Part shown: piece after piece, positions 19,786-28,919 of the stretch
Numbering within the stretch: the stretch's first letter is position 1
Layout of the letters: each line of letters starts with the position of its first letter
IMG/VR virus record: IMGVR_UViG_3300027770_000025
Span: 284,583-348,582 of that record
DNA: 64,000 nucleotides
Direction: 5' to 3' (one strand)
Translations under genes and position numbers: made by a program
The notes under the pieces: generated by a model
Told to the model about the DNA's origin: nothing
Databases searched by the model: none
Seen by the model: the letters and a program-made list of their open reading frames with translations, nothing else

Positions 19786-22410
19786 TTATTCATATTTTAT
19801 TCTATCCTTTGTCTGCTCAACAAATCTTTTAGCAAGTTCAAAGGCTTCACCATCTGTCACCCTATATTTTCTTGTTTTATCTCCAAAAGCAGCATATCTG
19901 TTTTTAAACTTAACCTCTGTAGTATCCCCCTTATCATCAAAAAATTCTTTTGCAAAAGTTATTGTTTTCCAATTTTCTATCTTAAGTGCCTCCTTATCCC
20001 TTGTGGTTAATATGGTATCGAAGAGATTGACACCTCCAGGCAATTGTGTGTCTTTTATAACTGTAGAATTTTTTCTATCCTTAATATCAACGTCTTTGGC
20101 ATTAGTTTTTATATAATAATCATCCGCCTTGATATCTACATCTTTTTCCTTATCCTTATCCTTATCCTTATCATTATTAGAGTCATCAGCATCTTGAACC
20201 TCATCTTTGACAACTGGTTTAATCTCTTCTTTCTTTTCTACGTAATTATAAAGTCCTCTTTTAGTTTCTTCCAGCATCTCATCGGTATTAGGTTCAATCT
20301 CAATTGAATCACCATTTCTAGCCTCCCAGTCGATAGGATCTAATAAGAAGTTGGTAAAATCACCAGTCTCATATTTTCCTCTAAGCTTAGGATCTGCATA
20401 ATCCCTCTCTACAACAATATAGATTGCTATTTCTGCAGGTCCGCTTTTTTGTTCAGAAGTTAGATCTATCATTTGTGATCCTTTAGAATCCATATCATCC
20501 TTTCCTTCTACCGAATTTCCACTTACTGTTTTAGTCTGAACGTTTTCGTCTTCTAATACAGGATACCCCTGTTTCTTAAAGTCAGAGAATTTAGTTATTA
20601 CCTGAGACGATGTATTTAAGTTATCGTTAACCTCTACCTCTACCTTCTCTTCATCCTCAACAGGTTTTTGTTCAGCAGTTTCTATTTTATTTTCAGTCTC
20701 TCTTGATAAGGTAACCCCAAAAATCCTATCAAGATCAGCAGAAGAATATTTAGATAATTCCTCAGTGGTTACTTTTTTACCAACAACATTTATTATATTA
20801 TCCTCAGAGTCACTGAAATGAAACTCATACGATTCTGGTGCATCCGGATCAGATATCAATAATGTTCCAGACGAATTATCAAACTCGGACTCAAATAATT
20901 CCCAATCACATGAACCTTGGTAATTAAACAGAGCATTAAGATCATTCTCGATAGATAACATTTTAAAATCAAGATCTTCATTATCGAAATAGCCTCTTTC
21001 TACCACATCACTATTATCAAATGAGATTAAAGTTAGATCATACTTTGATATTTGCTTCTGTACTTCTTTCGAGTTGATCTGGCTTAATATGAATACTGAT
21101 TCGGATCCTGTATCTGCAACCTTTACTATCTCCATCGTTGTTCTAGTCTCATTGCTGAATAAGAATGAAACAGCCATTCCCCATCCTCCAGCAGGTTGTG
21201 ACCAACATACGGTGATAGGCACACCAATCTTTATTGATTTTGGATCGAATGATTCTTTAGCAAAATCATCAACGTTTCCTAATCTAGGAGCTTGATTTCC
21301 ACTATACCAATTCCAAGTTGATCCGACAGCATTAATAGCTAAAAGTGCCCAACCTATCGGATTTGTCCATTCTGCTGCTTTAACAATACTGCCTGCGGCT
21401 TTAGCTCCAGTAACAAATCCTTTGACCATACCTAAAGATTTTGCTGCTATACCTGCATTCTGCATTCTGCCCAATGATCTCTGGAGTTTAGCTCCTTCTA
21501 CCCCGGCCTTTCCTATCTTACTCCAGAATGAAACTGCTTTCATTGGATTTACTGCGCTCCAAATTCCCTTTATACCTTTACTGGCTTTAGTAAGCAGGCT
21601 AGCTGATTTTACTGCAGTCTTTCCTGTTCTTAGAAACTTTATTGCTTTCCAACCTCTTCTTAGAACAATTGCACCACCTAAATATTTAAGGCTAGCAAAT
21701 ATTGCGGTTCCTGCTACAGCATAAGTAGCTACTTTAATACCAGTATTAAGTGCGTCCTTTGCTAAACCAGGTCCAGTAGAATCTTCATCTACTTTTCCAG
21801 CTAGTTTTCTGTCACTGATGTCAAATAACATAAACTTAGAGTTTTTGTTATTTGTCTCTAGAGGCATCATCTTATAGGCATCCAATGTCTCAATTAGATT
21901 AGCCCCAGACTCCTGATCTTCCAGACAAAGAAAAACAGCTTTTGGATTTCCTGGTGTCTGGCTCTTAACAATAAATTCATTATCCAATTTTCCGTCCGCC
22001 TCTAATTTATTATAGGCAAAGTGGAATTTTACAACCTTTTCCTCTTCTGACTTAGTATTGGCAGCATCTTCAAATACTGAATTGGAAATGAAATCACCAA
22101 ATTTAGATACCCTTCCTTCTGGCTGAAATTCATTAGATTCCCTTAATGCTTTTTGCATAGAGTAACCGCTGCCTCCTAAAGATTCCCTAATTATCTCAGA
22201 AATATCCCCGTAGTTTGGTATTTCTTCGGAATCAGCAACCCATTCGCTAGGGTTTTTATCCAACCAATTTTTAAAGTCTGATGAGTATGCCCACCACTGA
22301 AAGTCTTCGAGTGATTGACTTGTTGCTCCCTCCATTTTAATAGGTATAGTAAACATGGGGAAATCGTTTCCCCTAGCATATTTACCGTCTGTTGCTAATA
22401 ATATTATCAT
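19786..22410 (-). CDS. Large putative virion/ejection protein with hydrophobic helices
   Basis: Hydrophobic segments VATYAVAGTAIFASLKYLGGAIVL and NPIGWALLAINAVG; two internal KFxDF motifs; head gene cluster. Confidence 0.5.
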   Translation of the reverse strand: MIILLATDGKYARGNDFPMFTIPIKMEGATSQSLEDFQWWAYSSDFKNWLDKNPSEWVADSEEIPNYGDISEIIRESLGGSGYSMQKALRESNEFQPEGRVSKFGDFISNSVFEDAANTKSEEEKVVKFHFAYNKLEADGKLDNEFIVKSQTPGNPKAVFLCLEDQESGANLIETLDAYKMMPLETNNKNSKFMLFDISDRKLAGKVDEDSTGPGLAKDALNTGIKVATYAVAGTAIFASLKYLGGAIVLRRGWKAIKFLRTGKTAVKSASLLTKASKGIKGIWSAVNPMKAVSFWSKIGKAGVEGAKLQRSLGRMQNAGIAAKSLGMVKGFVTGAKAAGSIVKAAEWTNPIGWALLAINAVGSTWNWYSGNQAPRLGNVDDFAKESFDPKSIKIGVPITVCWSQPAGGWGMAVSFLFSNETRTTMEIVKVADTGSESVFILSQINSKEVQKQISKYDLTLISFDNSDVVERGYFDNEDLDFKMLSIENDLNALFNYQGSCDWELFESEFDNSSGTLLISDPDAPESYEFHFSDSEDNIINVVGKKVTTEELSKYSSADLDRIFGVTLSRETENKIETAEQKPVEDEEKVEVEVNDNLNTSSQVITKFSDFKKQGYPVLEDENVQTKTVSGNSVEGKDDMDSKGSQMIDLTSEQKSGPAEIAIYIVVERDYADPKLRGKYETGDFTNFLLDPIDWEARNGDSIEIEPNTDEMLEETKRGLYNYVEKKEEIKPVVKDEVQDADDSNNDKDKDKDKEKDVDIKADDYYIKTNAKDVDIKDRKNSTVIKDTQLPGGVNLFDTILTTRDKEALKIENWKTITFAKEFFDDKGDTTEVKFKNRYAAFGDKTRKYRVTDGEAFELAKRFVEQTKDRIKYE

Positions 22411-22417
22411 TGTATTT

Positions 22418-23227
22418 TTATTTTTCTGTGTATATTTTATCGTAAGACTCGGAATTTACATCTATTAACTTTTCTATATATCCCTCGTTTCTAAGCTTCT
22501 TAAATGTTAAATTCCCTATAGAGAACTCACCATCTTTACTTAATCCCTCTTTTCTCATCTTCATAATTTTCTCTTTCAGCTTAGTACTTCTCTTATAAAG
22601 CTCTTTTGCATTGTGTGGTAGAACTGAAGAAGCTACTAGTCTAGTGTGAAGCTGCTCAATCTCGTATGCCATAGCCTCGAATTTTTTATTCACATCCTTC
22701 TCGTCTATCTCTGGCGGATCAAATACTGGGTTCTTTATCCATTCGTTATTCAGTAGAGAAAATAATCCAGATGAGTTATGGGGGAATTTAGCATCCTGTA
22801 TATAAAGCTCGACGTCATATCCTCGAATAGCTACATTATGTCTTAGATTCCATATGAATCTAATACCATCTAAAGCTGATTTAAGTATCTGAGGATTTTC
22901 ATCATCAATCCCCTCAAGATTAACTATAACATGAACGTCAAGATCTGATAGATTTGTGTAATTGAAATTGGCTAGTGATCCGGTTAATTGGATATCGACT
23001 ATATCTTTCTCTTTAAGTATTTCGCCGAACTTTTTAAAAAAATCACCTGCTATCCTAAGAAGTTTTTTTCTAACCCTCTGGTCTAATGTCCATTCAATAT
23101 CATCTCCCTTGGTTTTCTTAGTCCAAAAAATAGGGTTTAGCTCATCGTGATAGAATGGATTTACCTGTCTCTCTAGTATAGGAGAAGATAAGTTAATGTA
23201 ATTTTTATAAGATAATACTGAACCCAC
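22418..23227 (-). CDS. Pol-beta-superfamily nucleotidyltransferase
   Basis: GSLANFNYTNLSDLDVHV (GS...DxD) plus VELYIQD; GTG start at 23227 downstream of the late motif. Confidence 0.8.
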   Translation of the reverse strand: MGSVLSYKNYINLSSPILERQVNPFYHDELNPIFWTKKTKGDDIEWTLDQRVRKKLLRIAGDFFKKFGEILKEKDIVDIQLTGSLANFNYTNLSDLDVHVIVNLEGIDDENPQILKSALDGIRFIWNLRHNVAIRGYDVELYIQDAKFPHNSSGLFSLLNNEWIKNPVFDPPEIDEKDVNKKFEAMAYEIEQLHTRLVASSVLPHNAKELYKRSTKLKEKIMKMRKEGLSKDGEFSIGNLTFKKLRNEGYIEKLIDVNSESYDKIYTEK

Positions 23228-23265
23228 AAAAAAAGCTTTTCTTGTATATATCAAAGAAAAGCTTT
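23228..23265 (-). terminator. Terminator hairpin whose loop holds the late promoter motif
   Basis: Minus strand AAAGCTTTTCTT-TGATATATAC-AAGAAAAGCTTT-TTTT. Confidence 0.6.
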
Positions 23266-23336
23266 AGATGTTATTATAAACTGAATATTTAGCTAGGGAA
23301 GCATACCTTTAGCATAACTTCCATTACTGTACTAAC
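23245..23336. repeat. 92-bp direct repeat, copy 1
   Basis: Identical to 24013-24104 by base-by-base comparison. Confidence 0.95.
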
Positions 23337-23403
23337 TCGAGAAGATAGTAGGGAAAGAGCTGTTAACTAATTCTCTTGCTTGGTCTAATGTGCGTTTTTC
23401 CAT
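23332..23403 (-). pseudogene. Truncated early ORF MEKRTLDQARELVNSSFPTIFSS*
   Basis: Has its own CG-N11-TACATTTA promoter (23433-23453) but runs into the repeat junction and stops after 23 codons. Confidence 0.5.
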
Positions 23404-23473
23404 TTTGTATATAGTTTTAATTGGTTATGAAGTAAATGTACAAATCCCCTACGTAGGAAAAAACCCTAGGCAC

Positions 23474-23505
23474 AAAAAAAATCCCTGGGGGTTACCAGGG
23501 ATTTT
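23474..23505 (-). terminator. Intrinsic terminator
   Basis: AAAATCCCTGG-GGGTTA-CCAGGGATTTT. Confidence 0.8.
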
Positions 23506-23522
23506 AATTTAATTTATTGGAA

Positions 23523-23993
23523 TTATCTCCCGAAATAATCTTTAACCTCTTTTGCGGTAAGAAGTTCATATTCAGCATAACCATTCGTTAAAACTAGAAA
23601 TTTTCCGTTTGGTATGGTGAAGACAAAACTATCGTCCAGTACTTTAAAATTATCACCTATTTTATAAAGATCGAAAACCCCCTCGCTAAAGCAAGCGAAT
23701 TCAAAAGTATCCCCCAAAGATGGAAATACCTGTATACTTATTTGACTGGCGTAATCGGCTCCATATACATCGTCTTTCGATACAAATTGTTCTAACTCTC
23801 GTAGGTAAGCTGCCTCTGATAGGCTATTTATGGTACCAACTGCTAATCCGCCACCGCCCATATCGGCTATACAAATTACCCCGTTCCTGTAATCATTAGA
23901 ACCTTCTCTAAAACCTGCATTAGGGTTAGGTGTTCCAATTCTTGGATCTTCTCTGAAAGATTCAAATTGTGCAATGTGTTTTGTTCTGTTCAT
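23523..23993 (-). CDS. Putative internal head protein in repeat-flanked cassette (MNRTKHIAQFESFRE)
   Basis: CTS-like start; late motif at 24013-24020. Confidence 0.6.
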   Translation of the reverse strand: MNRTKHIAQFESFREDPRIGTPNPNAGFREGSNDYRNGVICIADMGGGGLAVGTINSLSEAAYLRELEQFVSKDDVYGADYASQISIQVFPSLGDTFEFACFSEGVFDLYKIGDNFKVLDDSFVFTIPNGKFLVLTNGYAEYELLTAKEVKDYFGR

Positions 23994-24012
23994 TTTTAGT
24001 TATTATTTTACC

Positions 24013-24104
24013 TATATATCAAAGAAAAGCTTTAGATGTTATTATAAACTGAATATTTAGCTAGGGAAGCATACCTTTAGCATAACTTCCATTACTGTAC
24101 TAAC
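24013..24104. repeat. 92-bp direct repeat, copy 2 (3' end of exonuclease gene plus late promoter)
   Basis: Identical to 23245-23336. Confidence 0.95.
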
Positions 24105-24764
24105 ATCGAGTTCACAGTACGTTTTAATGTTTTCATAGTCTTTATCAATCCAGAATGAATCATTTACTTTGGATCCGTCCATTATTCCCTTAGGCGATTC
24201 TATACCAAGAGAACAAGAAAGAAGATCCAGGCTTAAGTATTTTTGATGTGTCCAGCTACCGAAAGCAAACACGTCTGATGTATCAACATACGGAATCTCC
24301 CATGGCTTCTTGTCCCAGATTCTAATATTTGCTGGCGGATTGATTCCATTATAGACCATTCTTTTACCTAAGCAGGGAACGTCAAATCCTTTTATATTAT
24401 GACCGCACAACTTCCAATTTTTTGAAGCTGCATTATTAAGCACCTTAGCTGTTTTAGTTAGAATGTCATGCTCATCGTCCCCGTAGAAAGATGCGAATCT
24501 CACCTCTCCTATATCAGTAAATGATCCAAAAGAAACACACACAACTCTGGAAAATTCAGGCTCTAATCCAGCCTTTTGTTTATAAATAGTTTCAGGATCT
24601 TCAGCAGATAATGACGGATATGCTCCAAGATAATATGCTTCCCTCTTTTTCCATAGCTGCCATAAACGGGGATTAGCATCATGTAATGTTTCGAGATCCT
24701 TATAAAGAGCTGCGGTCTCAACATCAAAATAAAGATATTTATAAATGTCTTCTTTTTTAAACAT
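24057..24764 (-). CDS. DEDD 3'-5' exonuclease (PolB-exonuclease-like)
   Basis: YFDVET, GHNIKGFDVP, YCELDV motifs; early promoter at 24779-24799. Confidence 0.85.
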   Translation of the reverse strand: MFKKEDIYKYLYFDVETAALYKDLETLHDANPRLWQLWKKREAYYLGAYPSLSAEDPETIYKQKAGLEPEFSRVVCVSFGSFTDIGEVRFASFYGDDEHDILTKTAKVLNNAASKNWKLCGHNIKGFDVPCLGKRMVYNGINPPANIRIWDKKPWEIPYVDTSDVFAFGSWTHQKYLSLDLLSCSLGIESPKGIMDGSKVNDSFWIDKDYENIKTYCELDVSTVMEVMLKVCFPS

Positions 24765-24809
24765 AATTTGGTTTTTTACAAAGATAATAGAATATCGCGG
24801 GAATAAAAA

Positions 24810-25709
24810 TTATTTCTTCGAATTTTTATTTATTACTATAGGGGGAAGAGATTTATGATCCATTCTGTATTTTAAGCATGCATCTTCTCTTGCTGGGGAT
24901 TCTATGATTACGTCTATATCCAAGCCGAATGTTGGTATCCTTCTTTTGAGGTATTCTGATTGCTTTGGTATAGATGGTATTCCATAAGCATCACATTCTT
25001 GTGACTCTGAATGTATAAATACAGGTTTTTGCCCAGCCTTCCAGGTTGAGCAGGAAAGAAAAAGGGCTTCTCTTATACTAAGTCCACCATCATTAAACTG
25101 ATGTGGCAATAGCCTAAAACATATTGGAATATTAGATCTGTAGTAAATACCAGATAGAAGATCAGTAACTGAGAAAAGACTGGGTTTGTCATCATTAACA
25201 ACACAAAGTTTAGAAACGACTGTACTGTCCATCTCCGATAATCTCTCACAAAAGAGATCCATAGTATTTCTTCTATTTCCATAAGCTGATCCAACTCTAA
25301 CCATTATAGACGGGTAGTTAATCCCAATTAAATCCAGAATGCTAGATAGTCTGGATAGTAACGATATTGTAGAGCTCTTAATATTATCCAATTGCGTACC
25401 TAAGAAATATTCCCTGTTTATACATAGAAATATTCTGAGATCATTTTTAGTTATTGCCGAATTTATCTCATCGATTATATTCGATACAGGGGATTCTTCC
25501 TCTATTACCTCATTAAAGAAATTTGGTGAAAATTTAAAATTACATACATCTATACATGTGATCTCTATATCGAGCTCAAGATTTAATTTTATATTATCTC
25601 TAATTACACAGAGAAACTCCTCATATGAATTTATCGGGTAGTTTATATCATATGATTCAGAGTGTGGACCTATATAAGATAATTTCGGTGGCGTTTGTCC
25701 TAATATCAT
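24810..25709 (-). CDS. uvsE: UV-damage endonuclease (UvsE/UvdE) homolog with degenerate active site
   Basis: VGSAYG, NDDK..FSVTDL, IPI, STW, HSES, DVIIE scaffold present; metal-ligand residues altered. Confidence 0.7.
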   Translation of the reverse strand: MILGQTPPKLSYIGPHSESYDINYPINSYEEFLCVIRDNIKLNLELDIEITCIDVCNFKFSPNFFNEVIEEESPVSNIIDEINSAITKNDLRIFLCINREYFLGTQLDNIKSSTISLLSRLSSILDLIGINYPSIMVRVGSAYGNRRNTMDLFCERLSEMDSTVVSKLCVVNDDKPSLFSVTDLLSGIYYRSNIPICFRLLPHQFNDGGLSIREALFLSCSTWKAGQKPVFIHSESQECDAYGIPSIPKQSEYLKRRIPTFGLDIDVIIESPAREDACLKYRMDHKSLPPIVINKNSKK

Positions 25710-25759
25710 TTAATCTTTTTAAGATTGTACTGATAAAAGTATTTTTAGTTTCTGTTAAA

Positions 25760-26248
25760 TTAGCCCCCTGTTGTTTCCAGTCCTAACTCGGACGAATTAT
25801 AAACAGTTTTAGAATTATATCCTTTATCAACGATTTCGCTGTTTTTGTATTTGGTTTTTGTGGAAATGTTACCGTGTTCACCACCTTCTGCAAACTTAAC
25901 GGTATTACCCTTAATCTCTATAACTCTTTCAGTCTTTTTACCTTTATTATAAACTTGAATGAAATATCTATAGCCTATATTATTAGGATTTCTGAATGCT
26001 CTAACAATAACACCAGTTACTTTATCCTTTGAATCTAACGGTTCAGCTATTACCACATCACCTATCTTATATTCATCACCCTTTACATTGGTTGGCATAT
26101 TGGGATCAGTACCGACAGAAATTGATAAATCGCTAAAAGGTTTATAGTTTATTTTTAGGACGCCATTAGCTCCTCCATAACCATAGGTATCACCAAAAGC
26201 TCCGCTTTCTCCACCAAAGTCCTCGTTTATTGATTTAATATACTTCAT
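25760..26248 (-). CDS. Hypothetical protein with KOW/SH3-like segment (MKYIKSINED start)
   Basis: YKIGDVVIAEP...VTGVIV; start re-placed at 26248. Confidence 0.6.
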   Translation of the reverse strand: MKYIKSINEDFGGESGAFGDTYGYGGANGVLKINYKPFSDLSISVGTDPNMPTNVKGDEYKIGDVVIAEPLDSKDKVTGVIVRAFRNPNNIGYRYFIQVYNKGKKTERVIEIKGNTVKFAEGGEHGNISTKTKYKNSEIVDKGYNSKTVYNSSELGLETTGG

Positions 26249-26252
26249 TATG

Positions 26253-26810
26253 CTATTTATCTTCGGAGGCCTCACCATTCTGAAGCGCTAGTAGATCTTT
26301 TATTTTTGTAGCTAATTCAAAATTCTCTGTATCGATTGCTTTTTTAAGCATTGCTTCCAGTCTGATAATATCGGATTCATCCTTTGCTATATCATTTTTT
26401 TCTGTATTGCCTATTACATGAATTCTTTGTGGCGAATAAATAACTTCCAAGCTAGAATCAAATCTTATATTTAATCCCGCTTTTATATCACCTCTAGAAG
26501 GTTCATCGTCTTCATCATCATAGTCGTCATCACTTAATTCTACCCATTCCCCATTAACCCAGAATATCATCCAAGGTCCATAGAAAAGCTCGGCCACATC
26601 ATTATCGATAGCATAGTTAAGCAACATCTTCAGCTCAGATTTAATGTCATTTTTATTTAAAGTATCTGAAAATACCTTTCTCTTAATACCAGGGATTACT
26701 GATGTTCCCTCGCCTACCCCTATCTTAAAGCATTTATTAACCCCGATAATAGAGTCCCAATCCAAGCTGGAAATAACCTTGTCAATTAGTTTGTTATTCG
26801 GTTTCTTCAT
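26253..26810 (-). CDS. Protein with C-terminal UVR (UvrB/C) motif
   Basis: LEAMLKKAIDTENFELATKIKDLL. Confidence 0.7.
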   Translation of the reverse strand: MKKPNNKLIDKVISSLDWDSIIGVNKCFKIGVGEGTSVIPGIKRKVFSDTLNKNDIKSELKMLLNYAIDNDVAELFYGPWMIFWVNGEWVELSDDDYDDEDDEPSRGDIKAGLNIRFDSSLEVIYSPQRIHVIGNTEKNDIAKDESDIIRLEAMLKKAIDTENFELATKIKDLLALQNGEASEDK

Positions 26811-26823
26811 TTCTTATATATTT

Positions 26824-27243
26824 CTATTTTTGAAGCCCTGCCTGGTCTGATATATCAGATACCCAAGAAGCATATTTAGCTGGATAAAAATTCTTAATAG
26901 TTTCTATGTCTCTTTTGGATACCCTATATTTATCTCTTATGAAAGATTCTATTAATTCTGACGCTTTAACCTCCTCTATCTTAATTCCTTCAGATTTCTT
27001 AGTCTTTGTATATAACCAAACTGGGGGTTTGGAAAACCTTGCTGAAAGAGTTCCGTGCCACCAATCTACCACCGGTGCGGGTACGATTTTCATCTTATTG
27101 AACTGATTTGCTTGAACGGGGAATTGTATAGACATTATCCTGTTGATCATAAAAAAGTTTCTGGACTTATCTATTTTACCAACAGCTTTCCATTCGTTTG
27201 CTTTGTTATTAAAAATAAGTTTTATAATATCAAATAATTGCAT
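26824..27243 (-). CDS. Probable clamp loader small subunit (gp62-like)
   Basis: FFMINRIMS motif; same operon as gp44-like gene. Confidence 0.5.
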   Translation of the reverse strand: MQLFDIIKLIFNNKANEWKAVGKIDKSRNFFMINRIMSIQFPVQANQFNKMKIVPAPVVDWWHGTLSARFSKPPVWLYTKTKKSEGIKIEEVKASELIESFIRDKYRVSKRDIETIKNFYPAKYASWVSDISDQAGLQK

Positions 27244-27249
27244 AGTGTA

Positions 27250-28398
27250 TTATTTTAAGAAATTTTCAAATGGATCAAATCCTTTAGGCTGGACTGGGGT
27301 AACTATCCATTCTGTTCCGTCTAATATTTTTATTCTATCCAGGGTTACTGATTTTTTTTCTAGCTTAATCCCTCTTGTTGTTTCCATTTTACATGAGAAA
27401 GAAACATTCTCCGGTATCACAATGTTATCTAACCACATAAGTTTGGTATTTCTTAAAAAATTATTCTTTACCTTTATCCTATTTTCTGTGCTATCAACTC
27501 CCTTGCATATCTTTAGAATTAATGGGGATATCCAATTTAAAAAATCATCATCACCAACTAATGATTTTATCGATAAATTTTTCCATTCCGATTCGATTAG
27601 TAAATCATAGATTTTCTCTGCACTCTTTGGAGTAAACCTAGTAATCTTTCCTGCGTTTTCAAATTCCCATACGCTGGGTACAGAATCACCCTTGTCACCT
27701 ATTAATATCTTATTGAATATAAACGGAAAGCTGTCTATCTCTTCTATATCAACTTTCTTTAAGAAATCTTTGAGTCTTTCTTTCTCGGGAGAAATAGTAG
27801 ATCCCATATTAAATATGCTTACCTCACTTTTTGTTTCGTCTAGCCAATTTTTCTTCCATCCTTTAGGTACCGAAAGTACATTATTTTTAGAATTATTGTT
27901 CCAGGTTGCTGTCCAGATATCAGGCCCTTTCATTCTAGCAAGCTGATGTAAATCTTTATCACCACTTATTATAATACAGCTTTCCCCTATATCGTTGAAT
28001 TTTTCTGACCAATATAAAAGAAGATCATCGCCTTCTGCTCCCTCCACTTTAGAAAAAATAAATCCCATTTTTTCTAGGTGAGTTCCAAACGCCTGCATGA
28101 GATCAAAGAAAATTGACCAGTCTACATTTTCATCCTTTACCCTTCCCGATTTATATCCGCCATCTTCAATTTCTACGTCCTTTCTCCAACTTCTACTATC
28201 TGATGCAAAAACTAATCTTCCCCCTATAGGTAGCATCTTCAGTGATGAGCATAAATCAGTAGCAATTTTTCTAATAAACATGGATTGATCTGATTTGCTT
28301 TTCAGTACTTTCCCTGGATCTACGTTAGATCCATATCCTGCAAATACCCCAAATGTTTTATGGAATATGTAGTTGCCATCTATCAGTATATTAATCAT
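27250..28398 (-). CDS. rnh: 5'-3' exonuclease / T4 RNase H (FEN family)
   Basis: LIDGNY, EGDD, SGDKDLHQL, LIGDKGDSVP. Confidence 0.88.
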   Translation of the reverse strand: MINILIDGNYIFHKTFGVFAGYGSNVDPGKVLKSKSDQSMFIRKIATDLCSSLKMLPIGGRLVFASDSRSWRKDVEIEDGGYKSGRVKDENVDWSIFFDLMQAFGTHLEKMGFIFSKVEGAEGDDLLLYWSEKFNDIGESCIIISGDKDLHQLARMKGPDIWTATWNNNSKNNVLSVPKGWKKNWLDETKSEVSIFNMGSTISPEKERLKDFLKKVDIEEIDSFPFIFNKILIGDKGDSVPSVWEFENAGKITRFTPKSAEKIYDLLIESEWKNLSIKSLVGDDDFLNWISPLILKICKGVDSTENRIKVKNNFLRNTKLMWLDNIVIPENVSFSCKMETTRGIKLEKKSVTLDRIKILDGTEWIVTPVQPKGFDPFENFLK

Positions 28399-28918
28399 TT
28401 CCTCCTCCTATTTTTTCTAATACCTCATCTATTGTGAAGTTTGGGTTTGTTATTATACAGTCAAAATCAGAAAAGTTTTTAAAATCTTCCCTGTCTGCTT
28501 GAATTCTTCTCTCCGATTTATCTGCGTCGTTTCTTCCTGCTAGTCTTTCCCTTAATGTATGTTCGTCAATATCGATGAACATTATAAGTGACTCTTTTCT
28601 ATCTTCAGGTTTAAGTTTTTCTATTCCAGAAGGGGTCATTATAAAAAGATTAGCTCTATAGAATTCATCAAGAGACGTTCCATAGAACCAGCTATTAAAT
28701 TCGACCCATTCATAAAATTCGCCCTTCCCAATCATTTCCGTAGCCTTATCGTAAGTAATAAAGTAATAATCTACACCATTGAATTCACCCTCTCTTGGAG
28801 GTCTAGATGTATGCGAAACTGAATATATTAGATCTTTCCCCTTTAGAAGTTTAACTAAATGATCCTTCCCAGATCCTCCTTTTCCTGCTATTATTATTCT
28901 TCTCCAACTATCTTTCAT
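28391..28918 (-). CDS. gmk: Guanylate kinase-like protein
   Basis: GKGGSGK, SHTSRPPREGEFNGVDYYF, YGT. Confidence 0.88.
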   Translation of the reverse strand: MKDSWRRIIIAGKGGSGKDHLVKLLKGKDLIYSVSHTSRPPREGEFNGVDYYFITYDKATEMIGKGEFYEWVEFNSWFYGTSLDEFYRANLFIMTPSGIEKLKPEDRKESLIMFIDIDEHTLRERLAGRNDADKSERRIQADREDFKNFSDFDCIITNPNFTIDEVLEKIGGGND

Positions 28919-28919
28919 A

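Noticed and set aside
23245-24104. attL/attR of an integrase-driven element or IS target duplication
   Set aside because: No integrase, transposase or terminal inverted repeats in or near the cassette; 92 bp is too long for an IS target-site duplication
26815-26822. AATATATA late motif before 26810
   Set aside because: Only about 4 nt from the ATG, unlike the 18-30 nt spacing at the other sites; not counted
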